DNA of 55,772 nucleotides from a virus (taxonomy: Duplodnaviria; Caudoviricetes), in the IMG/VR virus record IMGVR_UViG_3300029448_000049, positions 1 through 55,772 of that record. One strand, written 5' to 3'. Below are positions 19,405-28,141 of this stretch, in pieces (position 1 is the first letter of the stretch; every line of letters starts with the position of its first letter). Position numbers and translations under genes: made by a program. The notes beneath the pieces were generated by a model. It ran no database searches. It saw only the letters and a program-made list of their open reading frames with translations, and was not told where the DNA came from.

Positions 19405-19482
19405 TTTAATAGGGTGTAATGCTGCTTAATAGCCACCTTTTGCAAAGCTCCCCGACTACGTACACTACACCCTAAGTTTTAT

Positions 19483-19773
19483 TTATGCTAATTTCCAAGT
19501 AAACTCATGTTTACCATAAGGTCCTAGCTTTTGATTGTCAGTTTTAGTTAATTTATTTTCAGAAGTTAAATCACTTAACGCTCTTCTAATACTAGTAATT
19601 GGCCAGTTACAATTTGGATCTTGAAAGCCTATTACACTAAGTATTTCAGTAGGCGTAAACTCTTCGTTAGTATTATTTTTAAATATTTCTAATATAATAC
19701 TTTCTTGAGTTATTGAATTACTTCTACTTGTAGCTAAAGTGCTACCTGTTTCGTTGTTAGTATTGTAATACAT
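19483..19773 (-). CDS. Winged helix-turn-helix DNA-binding protein
   Basis: FTPTEIL...ITSIRRALSDLTSENKL...GKHEFTW pattern. Confidence 0.65.
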   Translation of the reverse strand: MYYNTNNETGSTLATSRSNSITQESIILEIFKNNTNEEFTPTEILSVIGFQDPNCNWPITSIRRALSDLTSENKLTKTDNQKLGPYGKHEFTWKLA

Positions 19774-19920
19774 TATTTACCCTCCTCAGTTTTTAACATA
19801 CCTTTTAAAGCTTCAACCGCTCCTTCTATTTTGAGCATAGTTAGTTGATGTTGTTGATAAGATTTCATATAATTATCTATCATATCTTGTATCTCATCTT
19901 GTTGATATTTTACCTTAGTT

Positions 19921-21702
19921 TTAGCCATTATAGCCCTCCTTTTCTATTCTTACGTTATTTACTGTTAATCTTGCATAAAGATGTTCTTTTTCTCTATTCT
20001 TATCTGATTTAATATCTATAAGCTCTACAAGACCTGTTTCTTTATTCTTATAAGGTTTAAGAGATATTAATTTATTTGCATTATAAGCAATTCTAAATGA
20101 ACCTCTAGATGAAGATATGTCCATACCTTCTTTAAATGCAGCTTTACTTACCTCACTAACAGCAAATACAATTACATTTTGTCTTACTGCAAGTTCCATA
20201 ATAGCTTGAGATGCTTCCTCAACTTTCATATTGTTATCTTTTTGTTTACTCTTAAATAAACCTAAATGATCAACAATTACTATTTCTGGTTTAATAGGTA
20301 ATGCAGTAATTCTTCTTTCTAGTTCATGTGCATATGGAGCTGAATAATCTACATTTAACCATTCAAATCTTTTATCCATACCATTTTTCATTTGCTTATA
20401 ATGATTAGCTAACTGTTTTTCATCCCAGCCCATTTCTATCTGTACAAATCTAGACCATATTTGTCTAGGTGACATCTCCATTTCTACAAAGTATGTAGGT
20501 CTTTTGAAATAATTAACCCAATTTTGTAGTAACATAGTCTTCATACTAGCAGGTGGTGCTTGAATTATAACAGTCTCACCTGGATAAACAGGAAAGTCTT
20601 GACCATATGGCTCACCTAAGTTAAGTGGCTTTAGATCTTGTGCATAGAAATTAATAAGCTCATCTTCCATACCACTAGAATCCATTACATTTTCTGCTTT
20701 AGCTCCTCTATGTAACGTACATTTAGAGTCACAATAAAACTTTATAACAGCATCATCTGCACCATATCTATAACCTTGGCCATCATGACCAGTATAACAA
20801 CCTTCTACTATACCATCCATTTCTTCTTTCTTAAACTCACTTTGAGCACCTTCACTAACTCTTACACGCCAATCTTCCATAATTAGACGTACAATATTCT
20901 CTGGAAAGTTCCATCTTAAATGTGATGCTATTCTAAGAGCAACCATATGACGTTTGCCATGTTGTGCACCTTCTAACATTTTCTGTATACAAGTAGTAGT
21001 TACAGGGTCCCTAGTATTTTTAACTTTAACTACAGGTTTTTCCTTAACTTCTCCTTTATCAAACACATCAAATACTTCTTCACATTGTAAGTCTTTTAAT
21101 GGATATTCTCGTGGTTTATCACACCATTTAATTATCTGTTCTTTCATAACATCTTCATTATCTAACCATTTTTCTTGAAATTGATTCTTCCATGAGCCAG
21201 ATTTAGTATTTTTAGTATGAGGTATACGTATTAGCCTAGACTTATCAGTAACAGATGGATCAGCATATTCAAATATTCCAACTTTAGTAAGTCTTTCTTT
21301 TACTAATATGTGTAAGTTTTTGCTAGGTTTCCATTTAAATGCTGTTTCTGATATGTGTATATGAAAACCCCTACCACTAAAGTATAATTCATAAGGAACA
21401 TTTAGTTTAGTTAGTAGTTTAAGTAACTTTTTAGTTTTCTTTGAAGCTTCTAATGGATTTTCACCATCTACATCTAATATAAACTCATCAGGCATATATA
21501 TTAAGCCATCATAACCTGATAATGAGTTGTTTTTAGCATAAAACTCTACTACATACTCATCATAATCATATAAAGACATAAAAGTATCACTGTCTGTACC
21601 CATCCAATCTTCTATTTTAGTTGTTGATTGAAAATTATGTCTGTTACTAACACCTAAAGCATATTCTTTAATTAACTCTTTATTGCCTGTCATCGTGTAC
21701 AT
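19921..21702 (-). CDS. Primase-polymerase (AEP) fused to an SF4-type helicase
   Basis: AEP motifs ILDVD, FSGRGFH and RLIRIP; Cys-containing linker domain; helicase motifs APPASMKT, EMEMS and VIVDHL. Confidence 0.85.
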   Translation of the reverse strand: MYTMTGNKELIKEYALGVSNRHNFQSTTKIEDWMGTDSDTFMSLYDYDEYVVEFYAKNNSLSGYDGLIYMPDEFILDVDGENPLEASKKTKKLLKLLTKLNVPYELYFSGRGFHIHISETAFKWKPSKNLHILVKERLTKVGIFEYADPSVTDKSRLIRIPHTKNTKSGSWKNQFQEKWLDNEDVMKEQIIKWCDKPREYPLKDLQCEEVFDVFDKGEVKEKPVVKVKNTRDPVTTTCIQKMLEGAQHGKRHMVALRIASHLRWNFPENIVRLIMEDWRVRVSEGAQSEFKKEEMDGIVEGCYTGHDGQGYRYGADDAVIKFYCDSKCTLHRGAKAENVMDSSGMEDELINFYAQDLKPLNLGEPYGQDFPVYPGETVIIQAPPASMKTMLLQNWVNYFKRPTYFVEMEMSPRQIWSRFVQIEMGWDEKQLANHYKQMKNGMDKRFEWLNVDYSAPYAHELERRITALPIKPEIVIVDHLGLFKSKQKDNNMKVEEASQAIMELAVRQNVIVFAVSEVSKAAFKEGMDISSSRGSFRIAYNANKLISLKPYKNKETGLVELIDIKSDKNREKEHLYARLTVNNVRIEKEGYNG

Positions 21703-22214
21703 CCTCCAAACTACTATTATACATAAGTATTAGTGTACCTATTGCAAGTATAAATATAGATAAGAATATTAAAATAATTTCTATCATTTACGTTCCTCCG
21801 ATTTCTTTAATTTGGCTTGTTCTCTAAGCATCTTTTGATACTCGTATCTTGCTCTTTTTGCTAACATTCTAGGAGTATAATGCGTATAGTCTCTATCTTT
21901 AGGATTTTGCCCTAAACCTATATCTTTTCTATTCATAAAATGCATAAATTCTGTTGCTCTCATAGATTACCATATTTCTTTTTGTATTGATTAACTAAAA
22001 AACTAATTTTAGTTTTATTACCTTTTTTTATAGATTTTAGTATATCTTTTTTAAGCATTTTCTTTTGAATTTTTAATTTGCTTGCTTCTTTCTTATTCAT
22101 AATACTCCTTATTTATATAGAGAGCCTCACATATTCCTTTGCCAAATGAACTTTCTGGTATCTTTTGGACTTATAGGACCAGTTATTGGCTCTCTATAAA
22201 CGATTAACTGTTAA

Positions 22215-22754
22215 TTAAAACGGTATCTCGTCGTTACTCTCGGAGGTCGAAGTAGTTTGTGCTACTTCTTGTGATTTCTCTATCATTTTAGGTTCAACAA
22301 ATTTCTTATAGAAGTCTATAGCTTTACCTTTCCAATAATCTACATCATCAGCATTAAATGTTTCTACTGCATTTGTAAATTCTGTTGGAGCAGTTTTAGA
22401 TAAAACTCTAGAATATTTACCATCTTTATAGAAATAAACATTCATTTTCTTACCTATAAGTGCATCTTCACTATCATCCATTTTGACAACTTTAGATCCA
22501 TCAGGGCCTTCTAATGCACTAGTTATACCAGCATTAGCAAATCTATATACTTGTCCAATAGCAAATTCTTCGCCATCAGTACCAGTTTTAGCATAGACTC
22601 TCATGTTAAAGTTTTCTGGATACTCATCAAAGTGTATATCAATACATTTAGCACCATTCCAGTCATTATATTTAGCTTTTGAAACTACAAGCTCATGCCA
22701 ACCAGTTGTATACTGATTATTAGCTTTACCTGATTTAATTGTTATTGTTCTCAT
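22215..22754 (-). CDS. Putative single-stranded DNA-binding protein
   Basis: Beta-rich protein ending in an acidic tail NDEIPF; adjacent to the ERF recombinase. Confidence 0.65.
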   Translation of the reverse strand: MRTITIKSGKANNQYTTGWHELVVSKAKYNDWNGAKCIDIHFDEYPENFNMRVYAKTGTDGEEFAIGQVYRFANAGITSALEGPDGSKVVKMDDSEDALIGKKMNVYFYKDGKYSRVLSKTAPTEFTNAVETFNADDVDYWKGKAIDFYKKFVEPKMIEKSQEVAQTTSTSESNDEIPF

Positions 22755-22765
22755 GTATTCTCCTA

Positions 22766-23266
22766 TTATTTACGAATTGAATTAGCATCGTCATCATACT
22801 GAGCGATACCTACTATTGCAGATAAACCGTATCTACGACCATATGTTATTGCAGCACCTACACCTTGTGCATCTACTTTAGATAAAGGTAATTTAACTTT
22901 TGACCTTAGCCATTGACCTGATGCGTGCATAAGTGTAGTAGTTACACATATTGCATTAGGAACTATTTCATTACCTTGACTAACAGATAATCCATATTTA
23001 CTAAGATGTGGAAATGCTGACTTAATTACCGCATGTAAATCTGCATAACTAGATTTAAAGAATGGATTAGTACTTTCTTTCTTAGCACCTTCTAATTCAG
23101 ATTGAGCTTTAGCTAATGCTTCTGCTAACTTATCTATTTCAGGTGATTTCCAAGAATCTGCTTTAGGCTGTTCACCTAATGCTTTTAACTCTTGTTTTTT
23201 AGTATTTTGTTTGTCTTCTAGTATTGTTTTAGCAATACCAGTTTGCTTAGATATATCAATATCCAT
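22766..23266 (-). CDS. erf: ERF-family single-strand annealing protein
   Basis: NPFFKSSYADL...LMHASGQW...QGVGAAITYGRRYGLSAIVGI...DDDA. Confidence 0.92.
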   Translation of the reverse strand: MDIDISKQTGIAKTILEDKQNTKKQELKALGEQPKADSWKSPEIDKLAEALAKAQSELEGAKKESTNPFFKSSYADLHAVIKSAFPHLSKYGLSVSQGNEIVPNAICVTTTLMHASGQWLRSKVKLPLSKVDAQGVGAAITYGRRYGLSAIVGIAQYDDDANSIRK

Positions 23267-23371
23267 TGAGCTTCCTCCTTGTTTAATGAAATAGGGCAGT
23301 ACAATTAGGTTAAGACTACCCTATCTCTTTTGCTATACATAAAGATACCTTCGATTTGAAGGGTCTATAAT

Positions 23372-24025
23372 CTATGAAACTAATTTCTTTTTATCAAGTA
23401 TTAATGTTGAAAAGTTGAAAATAATTTCTTTAAAGTATGGTTGTTTCATAACTATGTTCTTAATAGAATTAGATATAAAACTGCCACTCATATTACTACA
23501 ATAAGATGTAGCTTTACGAGTACATGGTTCAGGATCAGAGTCATCATCAGAATACCAGTCCTGTTCATATTGTTTAACAGTAATATTGTTATATATATAC
23601 TGTTGATATTGTTCTGCACCCATACGACCATCTATAACAATTGATGGCTTATAAGGGCATTGTGCTAACAATTTAACTATATCCATACGAGCAGACATAC
23701 TATCTAAACCTAATACAAGTATGTCATCTTTTGTACCAGTATAGTATTCAAATTTATGATTTGAAAGTTTAATTTCAATAGATTCTTCTATTCTTTTAAT
23801 GTGTGAACCTAAAGCGTTTACTTTAGAATTACCAATATCATCATTAACATATTGGCTAACACCTACATTTTCTATACCAACTTTATCAAAATCATATAAA
23901 TGAAACTGATTAGCACCAAGTCTTGCTAATTGTGTTGCTACAGAGCTACCAATAGCACCGCAACCAACAATATGAAACCTAATACCTGATATATCTGCTA
24001 TATCTTGACTTCTCATATTTATCAT
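23372..24025 (-). CDS. ThiF/MoeB/E1-like adenylating enzyme
   Basis: IVGCGAIGS, DFDKV..EN, LDSMSAR and IDGRMG motifs; candidate catalytic Cys168 (EPCT); ATGA-coupled to the JAB gene. Confidence 0.92.
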   Translation of the reverse strand: MINMRSQDIADISGIRFHIVGCGAIGSSVATQLARLGANQFHLYDFDKVGIENVGVSQYVNDDIGNSKVNALGSHIKRIEESIEIKLSNHKFEYYTGTKDDILVLGLDSMSARMDIVKLLAQCPYKPSIVIDGRMGAEQYQQYIYNNITVKQYEQDWYSDDDSDPEPCTRKATSYCSNMSGSFISNSIKNIVMKQPYFKEIIFNFSTLILDKKKLVS

Positions 24026-24969
24026 ATATTGTATCCTCCATTATAACTTATCATATCTGCATATAATTCTGCTATATCATTATATTTATTGTCAATTATC
24101 AATATTGCAAATGGATGTTCATCTGCAGCTATAAACTCTTCTATATCTTTCTTAGTTAGTTTATCTATTTGTAAACCATATGGTTCAATTATTACATTTG
24201 TATGTGTTATAGCTGACTTAACTTTATGTGCATTCCATTTACCAGATTTAAACTGACGCATAAATTCTGTTATTTTATTACAAGCATACTCATATTTAGC
24301 TTCAAAGTTAGCTGTTTCTTGATGTGTTGGCTTAATTGTCATATCATCATCTACCCAGTTATAAGTAGACCAGTCTCTATATTTGCCTGATGTAAGACTA
24401 AGTTGATTACCATTAGATGGTAATTTAGCATAACCAGTTTGATAAGAGCTTATTGATCTAGTTGTACATTTAGCTTTAACTTCTGTAAGTATTTCAAGAG
24501 GTATTTCTACTTCAGGTGTGTCATCAATAACTTTTAATTCTATATCTTGATGTACTACTACAGGTTTCCATACAGATATTCTACATTTATATTCTTGTTT
24601 TAAATTAACAACAAGAGCAAACGATACATCTGAATCACCTTCACCATACTCGTCTATACTAGATAAATCTGTACCACTCCAGAAAGCCTCCATTGTGTGA
24701 TGACTATGCCACCAACAAAATCTAAAGGTATCATCTTTATGTTTCATTGCAGCTTTAGTATAATACATAGCTAATTCTTCTTTATCAAGGTCACAAGTTG
24801 TACCAGCTATTTCTTGCTTTACAATCTGTGGATTTTCTATGTGCCAATCTCCATCTTTATCTTGTGTTACTACAGCCATACCACCTATCTCAGCCTTTTC
24901 TGTATGATAAGCAGCTTTAGCATAGTTAATTATTGTGTCCCAACTGTCTTTATGTATAAATATTTCCAT
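24022..24969 (-). CDS. JAB/MPN+ (JAMM) metalloprotease with a C-terminal extension
   Basis: EIGG...WWHSHHTMEAFWSGTD matches E-xn-HxH-x7-S-x2-D. Confidence 0.9.
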   Translation of the reverse strand: MEIFIHKDSWDTIINYAKAAYHTEKAEIGGMAVVTQDKDGDWHIENPQIVKQEIAGTTCDLDKEELAMYYTKAAMKHKDDTFRFCWWHSHHTMEAFWSGTDLSSIDEYGEGDSDVSFALVVNLKQEYKCRISVWKPVVVHQDIELKVIDDTPEVEIPLEILTEVKAKCTTRSISSYQTGYAKLPSNGNQLSLTSGKYRDWSTYNWVDDDMTIKPTHQETANFEAKYEYACNKITEFMRQFKSGKWNAHKVKSAITHTNVIIEPYGLQIDKLTKKDIEEFIAADEHPFAILIIDNKYNDIAELYADMISYNGGYNI

Positions 24970-24977
24970 TTAACCTC

Positions 24978-25166
24978 CTAGTTAATTTGATAGTTTATTA
25001 TGCATTGTGTAAGAAATAAATTTGCCTGTTGTGTAATGCTTCTATGTTCACTCATAGCTATTTTTTCTAGTTTATCTAAAACTTCTTTTTCAGCTATAAA
25101 TCTAATAGTAATCATTTCAGGTTTATTTATATCTCTTTTAAAAGGTTTTCTACCTCTAGTTGCCAT
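24978..25166 (-). CDS. Ribbon-helix-helix (Arc/CopG-like) DNA-binding protein
   Basis: ITIRF strand followed by LDKLEKIA...RSITQQA helices; GGAGG RBS. Confidence 0.7.
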   Translation of the reverse strand: MATRGRKPFKRDINKPEMITIRFIAEKEVLDKLEKIAMSEHRSITQQANLFLTQCIINYQIN

Positions 25167-25238
25167 TTTCCCTCCTTAAGTTAATTAAGTGTACCCTGCT
25201 CGGTTGCTGTTAACAGACGGGAGGCTCACGGGTACAAC

Positions 25239-26108
25239 TTAAAATATGTATCTTATTTCTTGCCATGGTAATATTGCATTATGACTGTGTTTCCAAGCTT
25301 CTATTAGCCTACGTTTATATTGATATTTATATCTAATATTAACATTGCCATATTGAGATGTTTTTTGTTCCTGTATACCAGGCTTCCAAAGCAAATCTTC
25401 TGCTCGTTTTGTACTTTCTTTCTTCATATTATGTTCATGCATATTATGATTATGTGTAAGAAATATAACCTCACACTTAACATACTTTTTTATAGCATCA
25501 TCCACATATTTATCTACTTGTTTGAATAGATTTTGATATAATATACCAGCATCTTCTTCTACAATTACAGGTGAATAATTTAAATGAACATCATAACCTG
25601 CAATCCAGAATTTATTAACAGCTTTTAGTCTATCAGCAATAGTAGACGTGCCAGGCTCTAGTATATTAGCATACTTTTGTGGCATTATACTAAATCTGAT
25701 ACGTATTTTACGGTTAGGATTATAGTTTAACAGCTCTTCATTAACATATTTAGTAGCTGCTGTACCCATAGCTCTATCATTTCTCTTAAAATAGTTAAAT
25801 AACTTTTTCCATTCATGATATTCTAAGTGTTTTATATAGTCTTCATTACAACTAAAGTCATATGTGTAATATTTATCATGTGTTTGGTCAGGTTCTTTAG
25901 GCCATTTTAAGTTACCATTATGTGCATCTATAGTACCTATAATTTCTTTTGTATTTAACGCTACTGACAGACCTGTTTTTACATGTCTACGCATATAACA
26001 ATAACTACATTTATATTCACACCCAAAACCAAAGGAAGGCGTAATAAAATTACTACTACGCCCTGAATCTCTGATTATTAGTGCTTTACGTCTTACATAC
26101 TTAGGCAT
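25239..26108 (-). CDS. Spore photoproduct lyase-like radical SAM protein
   Basis: GCEYKCSYCY (CxxxCxxC), ATKYVN, RIRFS, EPGT and YSPV motifs. Probable start is the ATG at 26108 with a GGAGG RBS, overlapping the stop of the E2-like gene. Confidence 0.85.
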   Translation of the reverse strand: MPKYVRRKALIIRDSGRSSNFITPSFGFGCEYKCSYCYMRRHVKTGLSVALNTKEIIGTIDAHNGNLKWPKEPDQTHDKYYTYDFSCNEDYIKHLEYHEWKKLFNYFKRNDRAMGTAATKYVNEELLNYNPNRKIRIRFSIMPQKYANILEPGTSTIADRLKAVNKFWIAGYDVHLNYSPVIVEEDAGILYQNLFKQVDKYVDDAIKKYVKCEVIFLTHNHNMHEHNMKKESTKRAEDLLWKPGIQEQKTSQYGNVNIRYKYQYKRRLIEAWKHSHNAILPWQEIRYIF

Positions 26109-27474
26109 CGTTACCCTCCTCATTTCTTGCGTCAAGTTGTTGTCTAAGTTCTTCAGGATTCCATTGAGCATTTCTATCTTGCTCACGATTACCTTGTATT
26201 GCTTGTTCTGATGCAGGTATACTTACAGTTGGTTGACCACCATCGTCTACACTATGTATTATAGTAGGACCATGATTTACACCACCCATTCTAGTTGCCC
26301 ATTGTAATGTTAGTTGTTCAGCATCTTCTGGTGATATAGGTTCTTTATGTACAGATAAATACCTTGTACAGCTAGACCTAAATCTACATTCATGCATATC
26401 ACAATAGTCTTCTCTACCAGTTGGTTCATAACTACAAGTATCTACGCTATTTGTACCAAATACTTTTCTATATTCATCAGATAATCTACTTGGTTCGCCA
26501 TGATACATTGTTTTAATGTTATTATGTGGACCTGTCTCGTTAGTATAAGATGTAGACCAATTAATACATTGCATTACATAAGAAGGTAAATCAAACTTTC
26601 TTAGTGAAGTATTAAAGTTAGTTGCATCATCACCATAACATACACTTTGACCAAATTCATTATTACTACCATATCTAGAACCAGATATGTATGGAAATGC
26701 TAAATAACCTCTATCATCATGCTGTATTACATTACCATATGTCATAACATCAAAACGAGGATTAGTAAAACTACTATTTCTAGTCATATCTTTTAATGGA
26801 TAAGTTACAATATTTAATTCTATATCCATATCACAAGCTATATTTTCTATATGTTTAGCAGCTTCTGCACTACTTCTACCTTTAGTAATGTATATTTTCA
26901 TAGCATCTGGTGTCATTCTTAGTGTAGATACTAATTTATACCTTTGATTAGTTCTAGATCTTTCAGCTACATACATTCTATGTCTCATATATTCCATATT
27001 ATCTAAATTATCTATAAGACTTTGTGCTATCTCATCTTTTTCACACACATAATTAGAATATACATTCTTTCTTTCAACAAGAATACTTGGGTCTTCAAGC
27101 CACATTTCGCCATTATATCTAGCAGTATATAACATTCTATCTATACCTCTTAACATAGCTTGCATACTATTCCAAGAATGTTGTCTAAAATAATCTTCTC
27201 TAGACATAAAGTTATACATACCACTTGGTTTTCTATTAAATCCTAACATTTCATTAACAGCTTCAGCTACTATTTTGTAACTACCACGTTTCCATTTAAA
27301 TGTTTTAGTTATATCTAAATTAGACCTGTATCTTCTGTTAAATATGTTTACTTGCTCTAATATATCGCCTTGTGGACCAAAATAAATGTGATCACCAAGG
27401 TCTTCTACTTCTATTTCTGCCATACACTGTTCCATTGTACCATCTACAGTGCATACATAATGTGAATCTATCAT
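26101..27474 (-). CDS. Prokaryotic E2-like (UBC-fold) protein with a C-terminal Cys cluster
   Basis: FPYISG...QSVCYG (Cys279)...W..SY....P resembles the E2 HP-x-C active-site region. C-terminal C-x10-C-x4-C-x5-C. Lies between the Ubl and JAB/E1 genes. Confidence 0.6.
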   Translation of the reverse strand: MIDSHYVCTVDGTMEQCMAEIEVEDLGDHIYFGPQGDILEQVNIFNRRYRSNLDITKTFKWKRGSYKIVAEAVNEMLGFNRKPSGMYNFMSREDYFRQHSWNSMQAMLRGIDRMLYTARYNGEMWLEDPSILVERKNVYSNYVCEKDEIAQSLIDNLDNMEYMRHRMYVAERSRTNQRYKLVSTLRMTPDAMKIYITKGRSSAEAAKHIENIACDMDIELNIVTYPLKDMTRNSSFTNPRFDVMTYGNVIQHDDRGYLAFPYISGSRYGSNNEFGQSVCYGDDATNFNTSLRKFDLPSYVMQCINWSTSYTNETGPHNNIKTMYHGEPSRLSDEYRKVFGTNSVDTCSYEPTGREDYCDMHECRFRSSCTRYLSVHKEPISPEDAEQLTLQWATRMGGVNHGPTIIHSVDDGGQPTVSIPASEQAIQGNREQDRNAQWNPEELRQQLDARNEEGNDA

Positions 27475-27639
27475 ATACCCTCCAAGGTTTATTTAAATTG
27501 ACTACACGCAGGACATTCTCCTGTTACCTATGATTGTACAATAACAGCTCTTCTTACTGTCTGTCCTAATGCCAATCTCACGCACCATCCTTCGCTAGTA
27601 TATCTCTAGCACCTCGTCTATTTAAAGTTAATTACTTAT

Positions 27640-27858
27640 TTACTGATCGCCACCAGACTTATTGTTATTAACAGCTGCAACAATATCGCCATCATTAATA
27701 GCATGAGTATTAGTTACAGATATACCATTAACAGCAATAGATGAGCTTGCAGATATATCATCTGGTAACTCAGCTCTTAATTGTTCTACAGTATCAGCAT
27801 TAGTTTGTTTTTCTACAAAGCCACCGCCTTGTAAGAACTTTATTGTTTTAGTTGCCAT
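27640..27858 (-). CDS. Ubiquitin-like (ThiS/MoaD beta-grasp) protein, 72 aa, ending in GG-DQ
   Basis: MATKTIKF...TVEQLRAEL...IAVNG...INDGDIV...KSGGDQ; AAGGAGG RBS before the ATG at 27858. Confidence 0.88.
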   Translation of the reverse strand: MATKTIKFLQGGGFVEKQTNADTVEQLRAELPDDISASSSIAVNGISVTNTHAINDGDIVAAVNNNKSGGDQ

Positions 27859-27859
27859 A

Positions 27860-28054
27860 TTAAGCACCTCCTTGTTCATATGATTCAATAGAATTAAACT
27901 CTCTTTCATACTCTTCTAAAAGATCATTTAGTTCTATTACGTTACGTTTTATTTGTCTTTGTACTACTTCTTTAACCTCACCGTTGACATAAGTGAGAGT
28001 TTTTCTTAATACTACATTGTTTCTTTCTATAGTATTTAATTTATCAATATCCAT
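27860..28054 (-). CDS. Hypothetical protein
   Basis: 64 aa, directly upstream of the Ubl gene. Confidence 0.55.
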   Translation of the reverse strand: MDIDKLNTIERNNVVLRKTLTYVNGEVKEVVQRQIKRNVIELNDLLEEYEREFNSIESYEQGGA

Positions 28055-28141
28055 GTTATAACCACCACTTTACTATGTAATACCATAGTATAATACCTGA
28101 TATAGTTATACCACCATAAATGAAAAGGTTACTCCAATTTA

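Noticed and set aside
26109-26186. ORF-track N-terminal extensions of the radical SAM (to 26186) and the Ubl (to 27909)
   Set aside because: They overlap upstream genes, and strong GGAGG RBSs support starts at 26108 and 27858 instead.
23372-27858. Cassette read as thiamine or molybdopterin biosynthesis auxiliary genes
   Set aside because: No ThiG, MoaE, sulfurtransferase or rhodanese gene is present, while JAB and an E2-like gene are. A sulfur-carrier role is kept only as an alternative.
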